A DNA stretch of 64,000 nt from a bacterium (GTDB lineage: Bacteria > Zhuqueibacterota > Zhuqueibacteria > Residuimicrobiales > Krinioviventaceae). Positions 40,428 to 51,643 of this stretch are shown here, one piece after another. Every line of letters begins with the position of its first letter. The stretch's first letter is position 1. The notes beneath the pieces were generated by a model, which was not told the DNA's origin, ran no database searches, and saw only the letters and a list, made by a program, of their open reading frames with translations. Position numbers and translations under genes: made by a program. Location: the NCBI GenBank assembly GCA_963693055.1, contig OY843751.1, forward strand, positions 672,001-736,000. The letters run 5' to 3'.

Positions 40428-42215
40428 GTGAGTTTTATGCCTGTTAAAAAAACTACAAAGGAAGTTCGTTTAACCGGAGTTGCTGCTTCGCCAGGTATAG
40501 CAATGGGACCTGTATATTTTATGGGTGCTGATATTGTTTCTGTTGAAGCCAGAAAATTAGAACCCGGTGAAGTAGATGCAGAGGTTACAAAGTTTTGTTC
40601 TGCTATTGACAAATCAAAGCAGGATTTACAAGAACTTGTGCAGCGCACATCACTAACCATTGGTGAAGAAAGCGCAAAAATATTTGAAGTCCATCAACTC
40701 ATGCTGGAAGATGTAATGATTGTTGATGAATCTGTACGCAAGATCCGGGAAGACAAGGTAAATGCTGATCAGGCATTTCTTGAAGTTATGGAGCATTTTG
40801 AGGTTTCTCTTGAATCCATAGAGGGAGAATATCTTAAAGCTCGTGCGGCTGATATTCGCGATATTAAACGCAGGGTTATCCGTAATATTCAAGGTGATAA
40901 ACGGCCCTCACTTGCCAGTCTTAAAGAACCCGCAATTATATTTGCCAAAGAGTTAACACCTTCTGATGCTGTGAATCTGGAGCGCGAAAACGTTTTAGGC
41001 TTTGCCATGGATTTTGGAGGCAGGACTTCTCATACGGCAATTATGGCAAGGGCTATACGGGTTCCCTCTGTTGTGGGTCTGAAAAAAATTGGTCAATTGA
41101 TTCACAGTGGTGATTTTGTTATTCTTGATGGCAATATTGGATTGTTGATTGTAAATCCTACTGAAGAAACTGTGAATGAGTATCGGAATCGTTTTTCCGA
41201 TTATAAAATTTTTAAAGAGAAACTGGAGCATCTCAAAGACTTGCCAGCCAGAACGCTTGATGGTAAGGATATAGAGCTGGCGGCAAATATAGAGTTTCTT
41301 GAAGAGGTTGAAGAAGTTGTAAACGCAGGTGGAGAAGGTGTTGGACTTTTTCGAACTGAATATTTATATCTTACCAACACTGAACTTCCGTCTGAGGAAG
41401 AGCAATTTGAGGAATATGTTAGCATTGTAAAAGCGTTGAATAATAAGCCCATTATTATCCGTACTTTTGATTTGGGTGGCGATAAAATGCCAAAGTCGAT
41501 CAATTTACCTCCAGAGACCAATCCATTTTTAGGTGCGCGGGGTATTCGTTTGTATCGAGAAGAAGGCGGGCAGCAATTATTCAAAACCCAATTACGGGCG
41601 ATTGTAAGAGCTAGTGCCTATGGCAAAGTTCGGGTCATGTTCCCCATGATCTCTTGTATTTCTGAAGTCCGTTTTTGCCAAAATATGTTGACCGAAGTTA
41701 AGCTCGAGTTGAAAAAAGAAGGGCTACCGTTCTCTGATGATATACCCGTTGGCGCTATGATTGAGGTACCATCGGCAGCCGTCATAGCGGATATTATTGC
41801 CAGAGAATGTGATTTCCTCAGCATTGGTACAAACGATCTGGTTCAATACAGCCTTGCGGTTGATCGTGGAAATGAGCATATTGCGTATCTTTATCAGCAA
41901 TATAATCCATCGGTATTACGTTTAATTAAAAATGTTATTGAAATGGGGCACCAAAAAGGTGTTTGGGTTGGCGTTTGCGGTGAAATGGCCAGTGACCCTC
42001 TTTTGACAATGATGTTAATTGGTATGGGATTAGATGAATTTAGCGTAAGTCCGGTATCATTATTGCTTATCAAAGAAATTGTACGCCGTGTTGAAGTAGG
42101 TGAATGTATTGATCTTGTTGAAGAAATGATTAATTATGATACGGCTGAATCTGTTGAAACTAGCTTGAAAGCATTTATGAAACAAAAATTTTCTGATTTA
42201 TATCTATTATTTTAA
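40428..42215 (+). CDS. ptsI: PEP-protein phosphotransferase (PTS enzyme I)
   Basis: 'GGRTSHTAIMAR', 'GVGLFRTE', 'NPFLG.RG', 'SIGTNDL.QY', 'CGEMA'. Confidence 0.98.
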   Translation: MSFMPVKKTTKEVRLTGVAASPGIAMGPVYFMGADIVSVEARKLEPGEVDAEVTKFCSAIDKSKQDLQELVQRTSLTIGEESAKIFEVHQLMLEDVMIVDESVRKIREDKVNADQAFLEVMEHFEVSLESIEGEYLKARAADIRDIKRRVIRNIQGDKRPSLASLKEPAIIFAKELTPSDAVNLERENVLGFAMDFGGRTSHTAIMARAIRVPSVVGLKKIGQLIHSGDFVILDGNIGLLIVNPTEETVNEYRNRFSDYKIFKEKLEHLKDLPARTLDGKDIELAANIEFLEEVEEVVNAGGEGVGLFRTEYLYLTNTELPSEEEQFEEYVSIVKALNNKPIIIRTFDLGGDKMPKSINLPPETNPFLGARGIRLYREEGGQQLFKTQLRAIVRASAYGKVRVMFPMISCISEVRFCQNMLTEVKLELKKEGLPFSDDIPVGAMIEVPSAAVIADIIARECDFLSIGTNDLVQYSLAVDRGNEHIAYLYQQYNPSVLRLIKNVIEMGHQKGVWVGVCGEMASDPLLTMMLIGMGLDEFSVSPVSLLLIKEIVRRVEVGECIDLVEEMINYDTAESVETSLKAFMKQKFSDLYLLF

Positions 42216-42288
42216 ACTAGTTATCAGCATATTATTGATTTTTGTATATTGTAATAAGAAATAGGAAAAGAGAAAGGAGCTGCCATAA

Positions 42289-43428
42289 ATGTCCGAAATG
42301 TTATTTACTTCAGAATCCGTAACTGAGGGACATCCAGACAAAGTTGCAGATCAAATATCCGATGCGGTACTTGACGCTGCTTTTGCTGATGATCCTATGA
42401 GCCGGGTTGCCTGTGAAACATTTGTAACAACAGGTTTGGCCCTGGTTGGTGGTGAAATTACCACCGAAACCTATGTTGACATCCCTCAGGTCGTCAGAAA
42501 TACCATTAAAGAAATTGGGTATACTGATGCTTCATATGGATTCGATTATGAAACCTGTGCTGTGTTAACAACCATTGATCAGCAATCTGCTGACATTGCA
42601 ATGGGTGTTGACAAGGATGGAGCAGGTGACCAGGGAATGATGTTTGGTTTTGCCTGTGATGAAACCCCTGAATTGATGCCTTTGCCAATTATGCTGGCCC
42701 AGCAATTAACCCAGCGTTTGGCCCAGGTGAGAAAAGATGGTCTGGTTTCTTATTTGAGACCTGATGGCAAATCTCAGGTATCTGTGAATTATGTTGATGG
42801 CAAACCCGTCTCAATAGACACTGTTGTCATTTCAACCCAGCACAATCCTGATGCAACCAATGAGCAGATAAGAGAAGATATGATTGAAAAAGTTATTCTT
42901 CCTGTACTGCCAAAAGAATTGATTGCCAAAGGTGATCCTGTTTATCATATCAATCCCACCGGTCGTTTTGTTGTTGGCGGTCCACAGGGTGATGCAGGAT
43001 TAACCGGTCGTAAAATTATTGTAGATACCTATGGTGGGTATTCCCGTCATGGCGGTGGTGCTTTCTCTGGCAAAGATCCAACGAAAGTTGACCGTTCAGC
43101 CGCTTATGCATCACGTTATATTGCCAAAAATATTGTTGCAGCTGGTATTGCAACAAAATGCGAAATTCAATTGGCATACGCAATTGGTGTTGCAGAACCT
43201 GTTTCCATTCACGTGGATACATTTGGTACCGGAAAACTGGCAGATGATGCTATTGTTAAACTGGTACGTGAAAATTTTGATCTTACCCCCAAAGGTATTA
43301 TCACCATGCTTGATCTGCGTCGTCCTATTTATAAGGCTACCGCAGCTTATGGTCACTTTGGCCGTACCGGCGATGGCTTTACCTGGGAAAAAACAGATAA
43401 AGCAGATGTATTGAAAAAAAGTTTGTAA
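42289..43428 (+). CDS. metK: S-adenosylmethionine synthetase
   Basis: '[13 protein letters not shown]', 'GAGDQG', 'GGGAFSGKD'. Confidence 0.99.
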   Translation: MSEMLFTSESVTEGHPDKVADQISDAVLDAAFADDPMSRVACETFVTTGLALVGGEITTETYVDIPQVVRNTIKEIGYTDASYGFDYETCAVLTTIDQQSADIAMGVDKDGAGDQGMMFGFACDETPELMPLPIMLAQQLTQRLAQVRKDGLVSYLRPDGKSQVSVNYVDGKPVSIDTVVISTQHNPDATNEQIREDMIEKVILPVLPKELIAKGDPVYHINPTGRFVVGGPQGDAGLTGRKIIVDTYGGYSRHGGGAFSGKDPTKVDRSAAYASRYIAKNIVAAGIATKCEIQLAYAIGVAEPVSIHVDTFGTGKLADDAIVKLVRENFDLTPKGIITMLDLRRPIYKATAAYGHFGRTGDGFTWEKTDKADVLKKSL

Positions 43429-45224
<1,796 letters not shown>

Positions 45225-45245
45225 GGTGTAGAACTCAACCCGGAA

Positions 45246-45268
45246 CGTAAAGTGGGCCGGTGGCCAAC
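45246..45268 (+). repeat. Degenerate REP (left copy)
   Basis: cgtaaagtgggccggtggccaac matches the reverse complement of 46621-46643 at 16/23 positions and forms an imperfect hairpin. Confidence 0.5.
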
Positions 45269-45385
45269 TCTGTGGGCTAACCTTGTCACCTGATTCATGT
45301 TTTGATCTATTGTTTTCCATGATAGTGTTCCCCGCTGCAATTACGGCATACAAATTACAAAAATGTTAAAAATTTGGTAAAACAG

Positions 45386-45414
45386 TTGATTCTTTAGAAA
45401 ATATATTGTATATT
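45386..45414 (+). promoter_or_regulatory. Sigma70-type promoter of the cold-shock gene
   Basis: TTGATT-17 nt-TATATT, giving a long (~175 nt) AT-rich leader typical of csp mRNAs. Confidence 0.55.
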
Positions 45415-45595
45415 ATTATGCAATTAAAGTATGCTGTTTTTTGCAATTTTGATTTAGTGTAATATATTCTAAAAAGATAAAATATTACTTAAAAATCTAA
45501 AATAATCGTTAAGAATAGTAAAGCTATTTGATATGATTTTTTTTTGGCTCAGAATAGATATACAAAACATTCATTTATTATAAAGGACACGTTCA

Positions 45596-45796
45596 ATGGA
45601 AAATGGAACTGTCAAATGGTTCAATGGCTCAAAAGGTTATGGTTTTATCACTTCAGAAAGTGGTAGTGATGTATTTGTGCATTTCAACGCAATCGAAGGT
45701 GACGGTTACAAATCACTCGATGAAGGAGACCGGGTTCAGTTTGAAGTAGAGCAAGGACCAAAGGGACCACAAGCAATTAAAGTTTCAAAGATATAA
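45596..45796 (+). CDS. cspA: Cold-shock protein (CspA family)
   Basis: 'GTVKWFN..KGYGFI' (RNP1), 'DVFVHF' (RNP2), 'KGPQA'. Confidence 0.97.
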   Translation: MENGTVKWFNGSKGYGFITSESGSDVFVHFNAIEGDGYKSLDEGDRVQFEVEQGPKGPQAIKVSKI

Positions 45797-45817
45797 TTTA
45801 TAATTTTTCTTTGTACT

Positions 45818-45848
45818 ACCCCAGTTATTAATGGCTGGGGTTTTTTTG
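45818..45848 (+). terminator. Intrinsic terminator after csp
   Basis: accccagtt...ggctggggt stem followed by a T-tract. Confidence 0.85.
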
Positions 45849-45939
45849 TTTTAGGTGTTTTTCCTGGAAAAACTGGGTCCAAGGGTATGGCCATTGGTAA
45901 CCTGGAATGATTATTTTTCAGAATCCATCTAGTGCTCCG

Positions 45940-46232
45940 GTGGAAAATCCAAAGAGCTGGCACTGGATAATAATCGAAAAGTTATCTATACCGCCGGTTA
46001 AGGCAAATTCCCTCCGGAAGCTGCAAACTCGGCAATGGCCCGGCAATCCGCTGAACGCGCGGCGTTTATAGACGCCTGCCGCTGGGGAGCCTATGCGTTG
46101 AAATGGAAGGATAATCCTGCATCTCCCGATTACGGCGAGATCCAAGGCGATCTGCCCAACGCCCGGATTCTTTATAAAACCGATTCCGGTGACGGAGTAC
46201 AAACGGTTGTGGAGATTGGGTTGGTGTATTAG
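45940..46232 (+). pseudogene. Truncated, nonsense-disrupted second copy of the 44700-45224 lipoprotein
   Basis: 45987-46232 aligns without gaps to 44979-45224 (24 differences in 246 nt). In-frame TAA at 45999-46001, 5' part deleted or frameshifted. Confidence 0.9.
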
Positions 46233-46330
46233 CTCAACCTACTGACTTTGTAAAAGTAATTCATTGAAAGCATACTTTTATTAGTATTTATCCTCATGAA
46301 TCGAGTAGATATGGTGTTTAATTAATTGAA

Positions 46331-46378
46331 CCACAGATAAATCCGCCAGGAGGCGGACCCGCGCAGATGAACGCTGAT
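46331..46378. repeat. 'ccacagat...gcagatgaacgctgat'-type repeat with nested tccgcc-agga-ggcgga hairpin
   Basis: Same unit style as 1292-1325, with a nested palindrome at 46342-46357. Confidence 0.5.
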
Positions 46379-46406
46379 GCTACACCCGTCAACCGTAGAA
46401 CTGGGT

Positions 46407-46616
46407 CGGTTTTGGGAACACTTGATACGTGATGAAAACGATTATTCAAATCATTTTGATTATCTGCATTATTATCCCCTTAAACATAGTTTTGTAGAAC
46501 ATGTATGTGATTGGCCCTGGTTAACATTTTATGAGTATGTGCGTTTACATTGGTATAATAATGATTGGTGACAAGGGATTTTTGATAAAATTGTTGTGAA
46601 AAATTGTGGGGAATAA
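46407..46616 (+). pseudogene. C-terminal remnant of a REP-associated tyrosine transposase (RAYT)
   Basis: 'RFWEHLIRDENDYSNHFDYLHYYPLKH..VE.V.DWPW..F' matches the RAYT C-terminus. Reading through TGA 46569-46571 gives the typical '...GE*' end, immediately followed by a REP. Confidence 0.85.
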
Positions 46617-46620
46617 TGTG

Positions 46621-46643
46621 ATGGGTCGATGGCCCACCTTACG
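46621..46643 (-). repeat. Degenerate REP (right copy)
   Basis: atgggtcgatggcccaccttacg: hairpin plus a GTAG-like head on the minus strand, 4 nt after the RAYT stop. Confidence 0.6.
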
Positions 46644-46759
46644 GGTTATGCTAAATGTGGAAAATATTACCTGTTTGATATGAGAATTAAAATAGTACAA
46701 AAAAAGCCGCCTCTTTTTTTATGAAACGGCAGGATTTGATTGATTTTCATTGCTATGAT

Positions 46760-47233
46760 TTAGCTATTAATAGCTGAATTTAAAAGGTTTTTAGGACTAA
46801 CTATAGGGATGTATAGTTGTTTATATTCTGGAGTTGAAATTTTTTCTGATAGTATACCGCGTGTTCCACCAATTGAAATATTTAGTAATGGAAATAATAA
46901 TTCTTCTGGGGCAGAAAAACTGTCATCTTTAATTGTAAATAAATTTTTTTCTGTAGATTTTACAATATATGAATGAACAGTTTTAATACCAAATAGCAAT
47001 ATCTTTTTTTTATTTTGCTTGTATAAAGTTTTAAATTCAAAATATAAATCAACTTGATATACTTCATCTTTTTTCTCAACACCAAACCTAAAAGAAATCT
47101 CATTCTCAATTTTTTTAGCACTTAATTCCTTGATCTTAAATTGAGATAATTCGTTTTCAGTAAAGCTTAAAGTTTTTATTTCATGTATTCTAAAAGAAAA
47201 AGAACCAATTTTATTGTCTATTTGTTCACTCAT
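46760..47233 (-). CDS. SecB-like chaperone (third gene of a TAC module)
   Basis: 157 aa; four predicted beta strands, then 'LL.ISIGGTRGIL..K......LYIPIVSP', the SecB-type C-terminal helix/LP pattern. ATGA-coupled to the antitoxin. Confidence 0.7.
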   Translation of the reverse strand: MSEQIDNKIGSFSFRIHEIKTLSFTENELSQFKIKELSAKKIENEISFRFGVEKKDEVYQVDLYFEFKTLYKQNKKKILLFGIKTVHSYIVKSTEKNLFTIKDDSFSAPEELLFPLLNISIGGTRGILSEKISTPEYKQLYIPIVSPKNLLNSAINS

Positions 47234-47697
47234 AATACACCAATTTTATGACATTCCATTGTATCATCACCTTCTCTATAATCATCCAGAGGAAAAACAT
47301 TTGTAGTCGTTGCAGTAGATACAAATTGATTTTCTTTTTCAGGAAAAGTAATTTCATCGGTCCAGTTTGTGTTTTCAACATCTTTTATTTTAAGAGCCTT
47401 TGTTTCTTTGTTTGTTACTTTAATTTGTACATCAGCTCCAATAGCATCTGCAAGCTCTACCATTTTTAAAATAGAGATGTTAGGAGTATTATTAAATAAC
47501 TGAGATATTAAAGATTTTGTTTTACCTAATTTTTTGGCAATATCAACTTTTTTAATCTTTTGTTTTTCCATAATAGTCAAGATTTCATGATAAAACATAT
47601 GAATAACATGCCATGCTTTTTCTTCTGCGTCTGGAGGTGCAGCAAAAAAATCTTCAATGTCTTTATATTTTTCTTTAACTGATAAATTTTCTTTCAT
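47230..47697 (-). CDS. XRE/HTH antitoxin (HigA-like) with C-terminal extension (putative ChAD)
   Basis: HTH 'KKVDIAKKLGKTKSLISQLFN..PNISILKMVELADAIG', followed by a ~55 aa low-structure tail. Confidence 0.85.
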   Translation of the reverse strand: MKENLSVKEKYKDIEDFFAAPPDAEEKAWHVIHMFYHEILTIMEKQKIKKVDIAKKLGKTKSLISQLFNNTPNISILKMVELADAIGADVQIKVTNKETKALKIKDVENTNWTDEITFPEKENQFVSTATTTNVFPLDDYREGDDTMECHKIGVL

Positions 47698-48076
47698 ATT
47701 CTTCTTTCTTTTTATTTATTGTTCTATATATATCTTGTTGAATTGTATTTTTCTTTTTTAATAAATGATCAAATAATATTATATGTTCATCCACTAAGGA
47801 AAAATAAAAAAATCTATTTTGATCAATTCTAATTTGAAATACTTTTGAACATCCCTTAAGAGGTTTAATATCACTGTTTTTATATTTGTTCCCCATTTCG
47901 GCCAGGTTTGTTAAAATATTTTTTAATCTTTTTTGTTGGCTTGAAGTCATTTCTTTGAAAGCATCTAAAGTAACTGAAGCTTTCCCTTCTACTACATAAT
48001 ATACTGTTCTTTTCTTGGGACTATATTTAGTCTCGTAAAGAATATTAAAATATATATCTGCCATAAATCTGAACAC
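47675..48076 (-). CDS. RelE/ParE superfamily toxin (Gp49/HigB-like)
   Basis: 'IKPLKG..KVFQIRI..NRFFYF......IILFDHLLKK'. Toxin-first order; the start may be ATG 48064. Confidence 0.8.
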   Translation of the reverse strand: MFRFMADIYFNILYETKYSPKKRTVYYVVEGKASVTLDAFKEMTSSQQKRLKNILTNLAEMGNKYKNSDIKPLKGCSKVFQIRIDQNRFFYFSLVDEHIILFDHLLKKKNTIQQDIYRTINKKKEEYERKFIS

Positions 48077-48078
48077 CT

Positions 48079-48102
48079 AAAGTTAATGTATTATTTAACT
48101 TT
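48079..48102. promoter_or_regulatory. Palindromic operator overlapping the TAC promoter
   Basis: AAAGTTAA-N8-TTAACTTT overlaps a minus-strand TTGCAA-16 nt-TAACTT promoter candidate. Confidence 0.6.
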
Positions 48103-48381
48103 TGCAAGTTTTTTTTCATAATTATTGTAATTTATGGCATTTTATGATAATATTTTACAATTTTTGTGCCATATATTCTATTTGTTGCTCCCTTTCATCT
48201 GCCCCGTCATAACAACTGGAGCCCACTTGAAGCAGGGGTGAATATTATATGTATAAATAATAATAACTAATCTATAAATCCATTTTTTGATTTTTCTGCT
48301 ATAATTTTTTTTCTAGCTTTTCCAATTCTATAATAAATTCCTCATAATCTAGCATACATATGTTCCCAAGAGAAAATTTAT

Positions 48382-48630
48382 TTGTATTTACTATATTATA
48401 ATCAGAAACACTATCATTCCGAGATAGGATTTGTACCGCCATGGTTAAAATACACTGGCAAGGCGGATTCACTCATAAAGTCTCGGAAAGAAAAATTACA
48501 TGTAACTAAACAGAAACGAATGAAACAAAACTGGAAAAATTATCAAAGTGCAATTCAAACAATCAAACAAAAAGCAGCATAATGTACTAAACTAAAATTT
48601 TTTCATATTTTGAAATTTTGTGTAAAACAA
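48382..48630 (+). mobile_element. IS3/IS481-type transposase C-terminal remnant
   Basis: 'YYNQKHYHSEIGFVPP' matches the integrase-core terminal motif YN..R.H..IG..TP. Basic tail, no catalytic N-terminal part. Confidence 0.65.
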
Positions 48631-48894
48631 TTAGGAATAAATAATTTCGTGCAGAAAACTTTTGGCAAGTTGAAAAAAAGTATAACGATATTATGGGGTT
48701 GGCTGGTCGGTCTGCTAACCTGTCCGGCACAGGCTAAGCTCAAAACAAGTGTGAAGAAAATTTAATATAATAGGAATTTATCTACTTATAATAAAAAAAA
48801 TGTTGCAAAATAAAAAAAAAAATAATTAATTATGTTTAAATAGGGATTATTCTAAAAGGGGCGATTATGTTGTATATATGTTTTAAAATTTAAA

Positions 48895-48928
48895 TGTCCC
48901 TCTATTTTGTAATTTAAATAGGGGGACA
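48895..48928. other. Hairpin in the leader of the crystallin lipoprotein gene
   Basis: tgtccctctattt ... aaatagggggaca. Confidence 0.45.
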
Positions 48929-48996
48929 GAAATAATTTATTATTTTATCTGAAGTTTCTAATAAATCGTGTTTTTTAAATCTAGGAGATATTCTCA

Positions 48997-49833
48997 ATGA
49001 ATAAAACTATTATATATTTAATTGCTGTAATAGTTATTACATTTTCTTTTATGCAGTGTTCGAATGAAAACCCAACTCAGGCAATTTATAAAAATGGGGA
49101 TTTTGGACAGATTTCTGATAAAGTGGCAAGTGTTCAATTATTATTAGTGCCATCAAAAGTACCAGAAATAGTGGATTCCTTGGCAGTTATTCAAGCATTA
49201 AAAATCGGTTGTGATGGGATACGAATTCTTGAAGCAGAATCTGAAAAAGATGAAAATTCATTTTTTGTTTCTTTTTTTACAGATACAGAAGGAATAAAAA
49301 AAGAAGCAATATATTCCCTCGATGGGGAAAATGTAATTTTAAATGAAGACGAAAGTTTATACCTAAATAATATTCTTGATACTTACTATTTGAAAAAAAC
49401 AAATAATGATTGTGATCATATCTGGCGATTAGCATATATTTTCGAGAATGCAAATTATGATAGTTTAAATGGCTTATATTATCAGTTTACTCAACGGGCT
49501 CATAATGTAGGTTTTTATCATAAAGTTTGTGAGAGGTTAGGAACTGCTAGTGGGGATTTTCCAGGAGGTATGAACAACTTGATTTCATCACATTTGTGGG
49601 CAAATGAAGTTAGATGTGGGAAAAAAACTGTTGTAGATAAATTTAAAGTATGGGATGGCACTTATCGTAGTGATAGTTCATATGAATTCACATCCACGAA
49701 AGCTCATCATGACAATAATTATGCTGATGAAAGCTTTTGGTTAAATATACCAATACCACCATGGACTGTACCATATCCCTTAAATGATGCAGTGTCTTCA
49801 ATAGATATGACATATTGGGTATATAATAATTAA
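48997..49833 (+). CDS. Lipoprotein with C-terminal beta/gamma-crystallin-like domain
   Basis: Lipobox FMQC-SNENPT; Greek-key signatures 'IFENANY', 'MNNLISS', 'LNDAVSSI'. Confidence 0.65.
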   Translation: MNKTIIYLIAVIVITFSFMQCSNENPTQAIYKNGDFGQISDKVASVQLLLVPSKVPEIVDSLAVIQALKIGCDGIRILEAESEKDENSFFVSFFTDTEGIKKEAIYSLDGENVILNEDESLYLNNILDTYYLKKTNNDCDHIWRLAYIFENANYDSLNGLYYQFTQRAHNVGFYHKVCERLGTASGDFPGGMNNLISSHLWANEVRCGKKTVVDKFKVWDGTYRSDSSYEFTSTKAHHDNNYADESFWLNIPIPPWTVPYPLNDAVSSIDMTYWVYNN

Positions 49834-49986
49834 ATGAACTCGGTCTTTGCTTATATTTTTCATATTGAGTAAAGACCGGTAATTTGATCTTGTAAAAGGT
49901 TTTTGAGATATTGTTTAGTTTTGGAACATACAAGAATGTTAAAAAGTATAAAATATAAAATTTTTCATTTAATTGGAGGTTTTAAA

Positions 49987-50460
49987 ATGGGGAAAAATCA
50001 ATTAATTGTGATAATTTGGTTTACATTTTTTTCAGGTTTATTGGCAAATGAAACATCAAATACTATTTTGGGAGGATTAAGTATTGGATTACCTTCGACT
50101 GTCAATTTTGACATTGGTTACAATAGCAATGATTATGGATTTAATCTCAGGGGTATTTTTTATAGCAATAAAGAATCCAATGGTCCTCTAAATAATGGTA
50201 TACAATTTGATGCTTATAAAAAAATGGGAAAAATCAGCCCTTTTAATCATAGATTATTATTTTTTACAGGATATACGGATATTAAAAATAGCCCGGCTAA
50301 AAGATTGGTCTATACGGGTGTTGGCTATGGATTAAAATGGAAAAATATAAATTTACAACCAGGAATAGGATACCAAATTTTTTCTTCAAATTATGATAAA
50401 TTAAATGATTTGTTTTTTATTTTCAATACTGGTATTGAACTTGAATTGTTTCATTTTTAA
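49987..50460 (+). CDS. Small outer-membrane beta-barrel-like protein
   Basis: GGAGG RBS, signal peptide, 'YTGVGYGLKW', 'PGIGY', terminal F. Confidence 0.65.
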   Translation: MGKNQLIVIIWFTFFSGLLANETSNTILGGLSIGLPSTVNFDIGYNSNDYGFNLRGIFYSNKESNGPLNNGIQFDAYKKMGKISPFNHRLLFFTGYTDIKNSPAKRLVYTGVGYGLKWKNINLQPGIGYQIFSSNYDKLNDLFFIFNTGIELELFHF

Positions 50461-51609
50461 TTTGATATAATCTTCATGGTAGAAATAATATCCCTTGTTG
50501 ATGCCGTTGCGTGAACCCGAACCGGAATCTTTGATCAAAAACCAGTCTTGACCATCTTTTTCCATATAGCCAACGATGTGAACGCCATGATCGTCGGTTG
50601 TTGCTTTGTTACTGAATCGGAGTTGGCGGGCATTTTCATCTATATATTCGGATGGGATGTCAAATGTTGGCACCATGGCAACTTCTTTGTATGAATAATA
50701 CCCCGGTTCTGAAACGTCTCCGCCAACGACAATGGTGTATCCATCTCGTAAAGCGGATTTGATAATCGACATGAATTTATCCAATTCAATGTTGTAATAC
50801 TCGTCACTCTTCCACCAGTTATCCGGGACCGGATAGGTTACAAATTCGTTATAAGGTTTTTCTAGCAAAGAAAGCATATCAATATAATTATTAAAATCGA
50901 TTTTCAGATCATGCAAATACTCTAGTGGCGTCATCTCTTTATCATTTACAGTTATGACCGTGGGTGGTTCACCAATATAATTGTTTAATATGGATTTTAT
51001 GGTTTTGATTACTGTGTCCTCATCCCAAAGCCAGTTTCCTTTAACATGCTGTAGATATGCATCCATCTCTTCATACATGGGATCATGATTGTGAAAAGGT
51101 TCACCGTCTTCTAGTCCTGTATAACATTCGGCGGGTACAATGCCATATTTTTGCCATATGACAGGAACGTGGTTTCCCATAGAACCCTGGTCGAATAAGG
51201 AATTCCCCTGTTTTTGTACATATCGTCGCGCTTTTTCTACATATTCCCAGTAAACCGTATACAATTCAGAGAGTTTAACTTTGCGTCCGGAGGTACGATA
51301 AATTTCTGTTTCATAAAAGGAAGTTGTGCTGTAACACCAGCACATGCCGGAATTACCCTGCGAGACAGGATCATTGTGCCAGTATGATTTAAACTCATCC
51401 TTTGATTGCGGTAAATCCATGCCTTCAAAATCGAGAATGAATTTTACATCCTGTCCTTCTTGAAATTTTTCATTCTCTTTCTGTATGTGGTCCCAGAATT
51501 CATTCTTTTTTTCAACAAAGGTACCTTTGTCTTTTTTAGGTGTTTGAGCCAATAGAACCAGAGATGTTAATAATACAATAATAAAAGAGTTGTAAAATAA
51601 TCTGGACAT
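50401..51609 (-). CDS. Papain-family C1 (aminopeptidase C-like) cysteine peptidase, secreted
   Basis: 'SQGNSGMCW' (Gln, Cys), 'TTDDHGVHIVG' (His), 'WFLIKDSG'. The C-terminus overlaps the opposite gene by 60 bp. Confidence 0.9.
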   Translation of the reverse strand: MSRLFYNSFIIVLLTSLVLLAQTPKKDKGTFVEKKNEFWDHIQKENEKFQEGQDVKFILDFEGMDLPQSKDEFKSYWHNDPVSQGNSGMCWCYSTTSFYETEIYRTSGRKVKLSELYTVYWEYVEKARRYVQKQGNSLFDQGSMGNHVPVIWQKYGIVPAECYTGLEDGEPFHNHDPMYEEMDAYLQHVKGNWLWDEDTVIKTIKSILNNYIGEPPTVITVNDKEMTPLEYLHDLKIDFNNYIDMLSLLEKPYNEFVTYPVPDNWWKSDEYYNIELDKFMSIIKSALRDGYTIVVGGDVSEPGYYSYKEVAMVPTFDIPSEYIDENARQLRFSNKATTDDHGVHIVGYMEKDGQDWFLIKDSGSGSRNGINKGYYFYHEDYIKLKMKQFKFNTSIENKKQII

Positions 51610-51643
51610 TTTTCCTCCTAATACCAGAATCGTTTAGGTGATT

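Noticed and set aside
42216-42288. SAM riboswitch upstream of metK
   Set aside because: Only 73 nt, AT-rich, with no S-box core or terminator stem.
46569-46571. Selenocysteine at the TGA in the RAYT fragment
   Set aside because: The position corresponds to Gly (DWG) in RAYTs and the gene lacks its 5' part, so this is a simple nonsense mutation.
48200-48745. Integron attC sites (gtcataac at ~48206, gtataac at ~48681)
   Set aside because: Only isolated half-site-like words. No paired R'/R'' boxes with a complementary stem, and no integron integrase seen.
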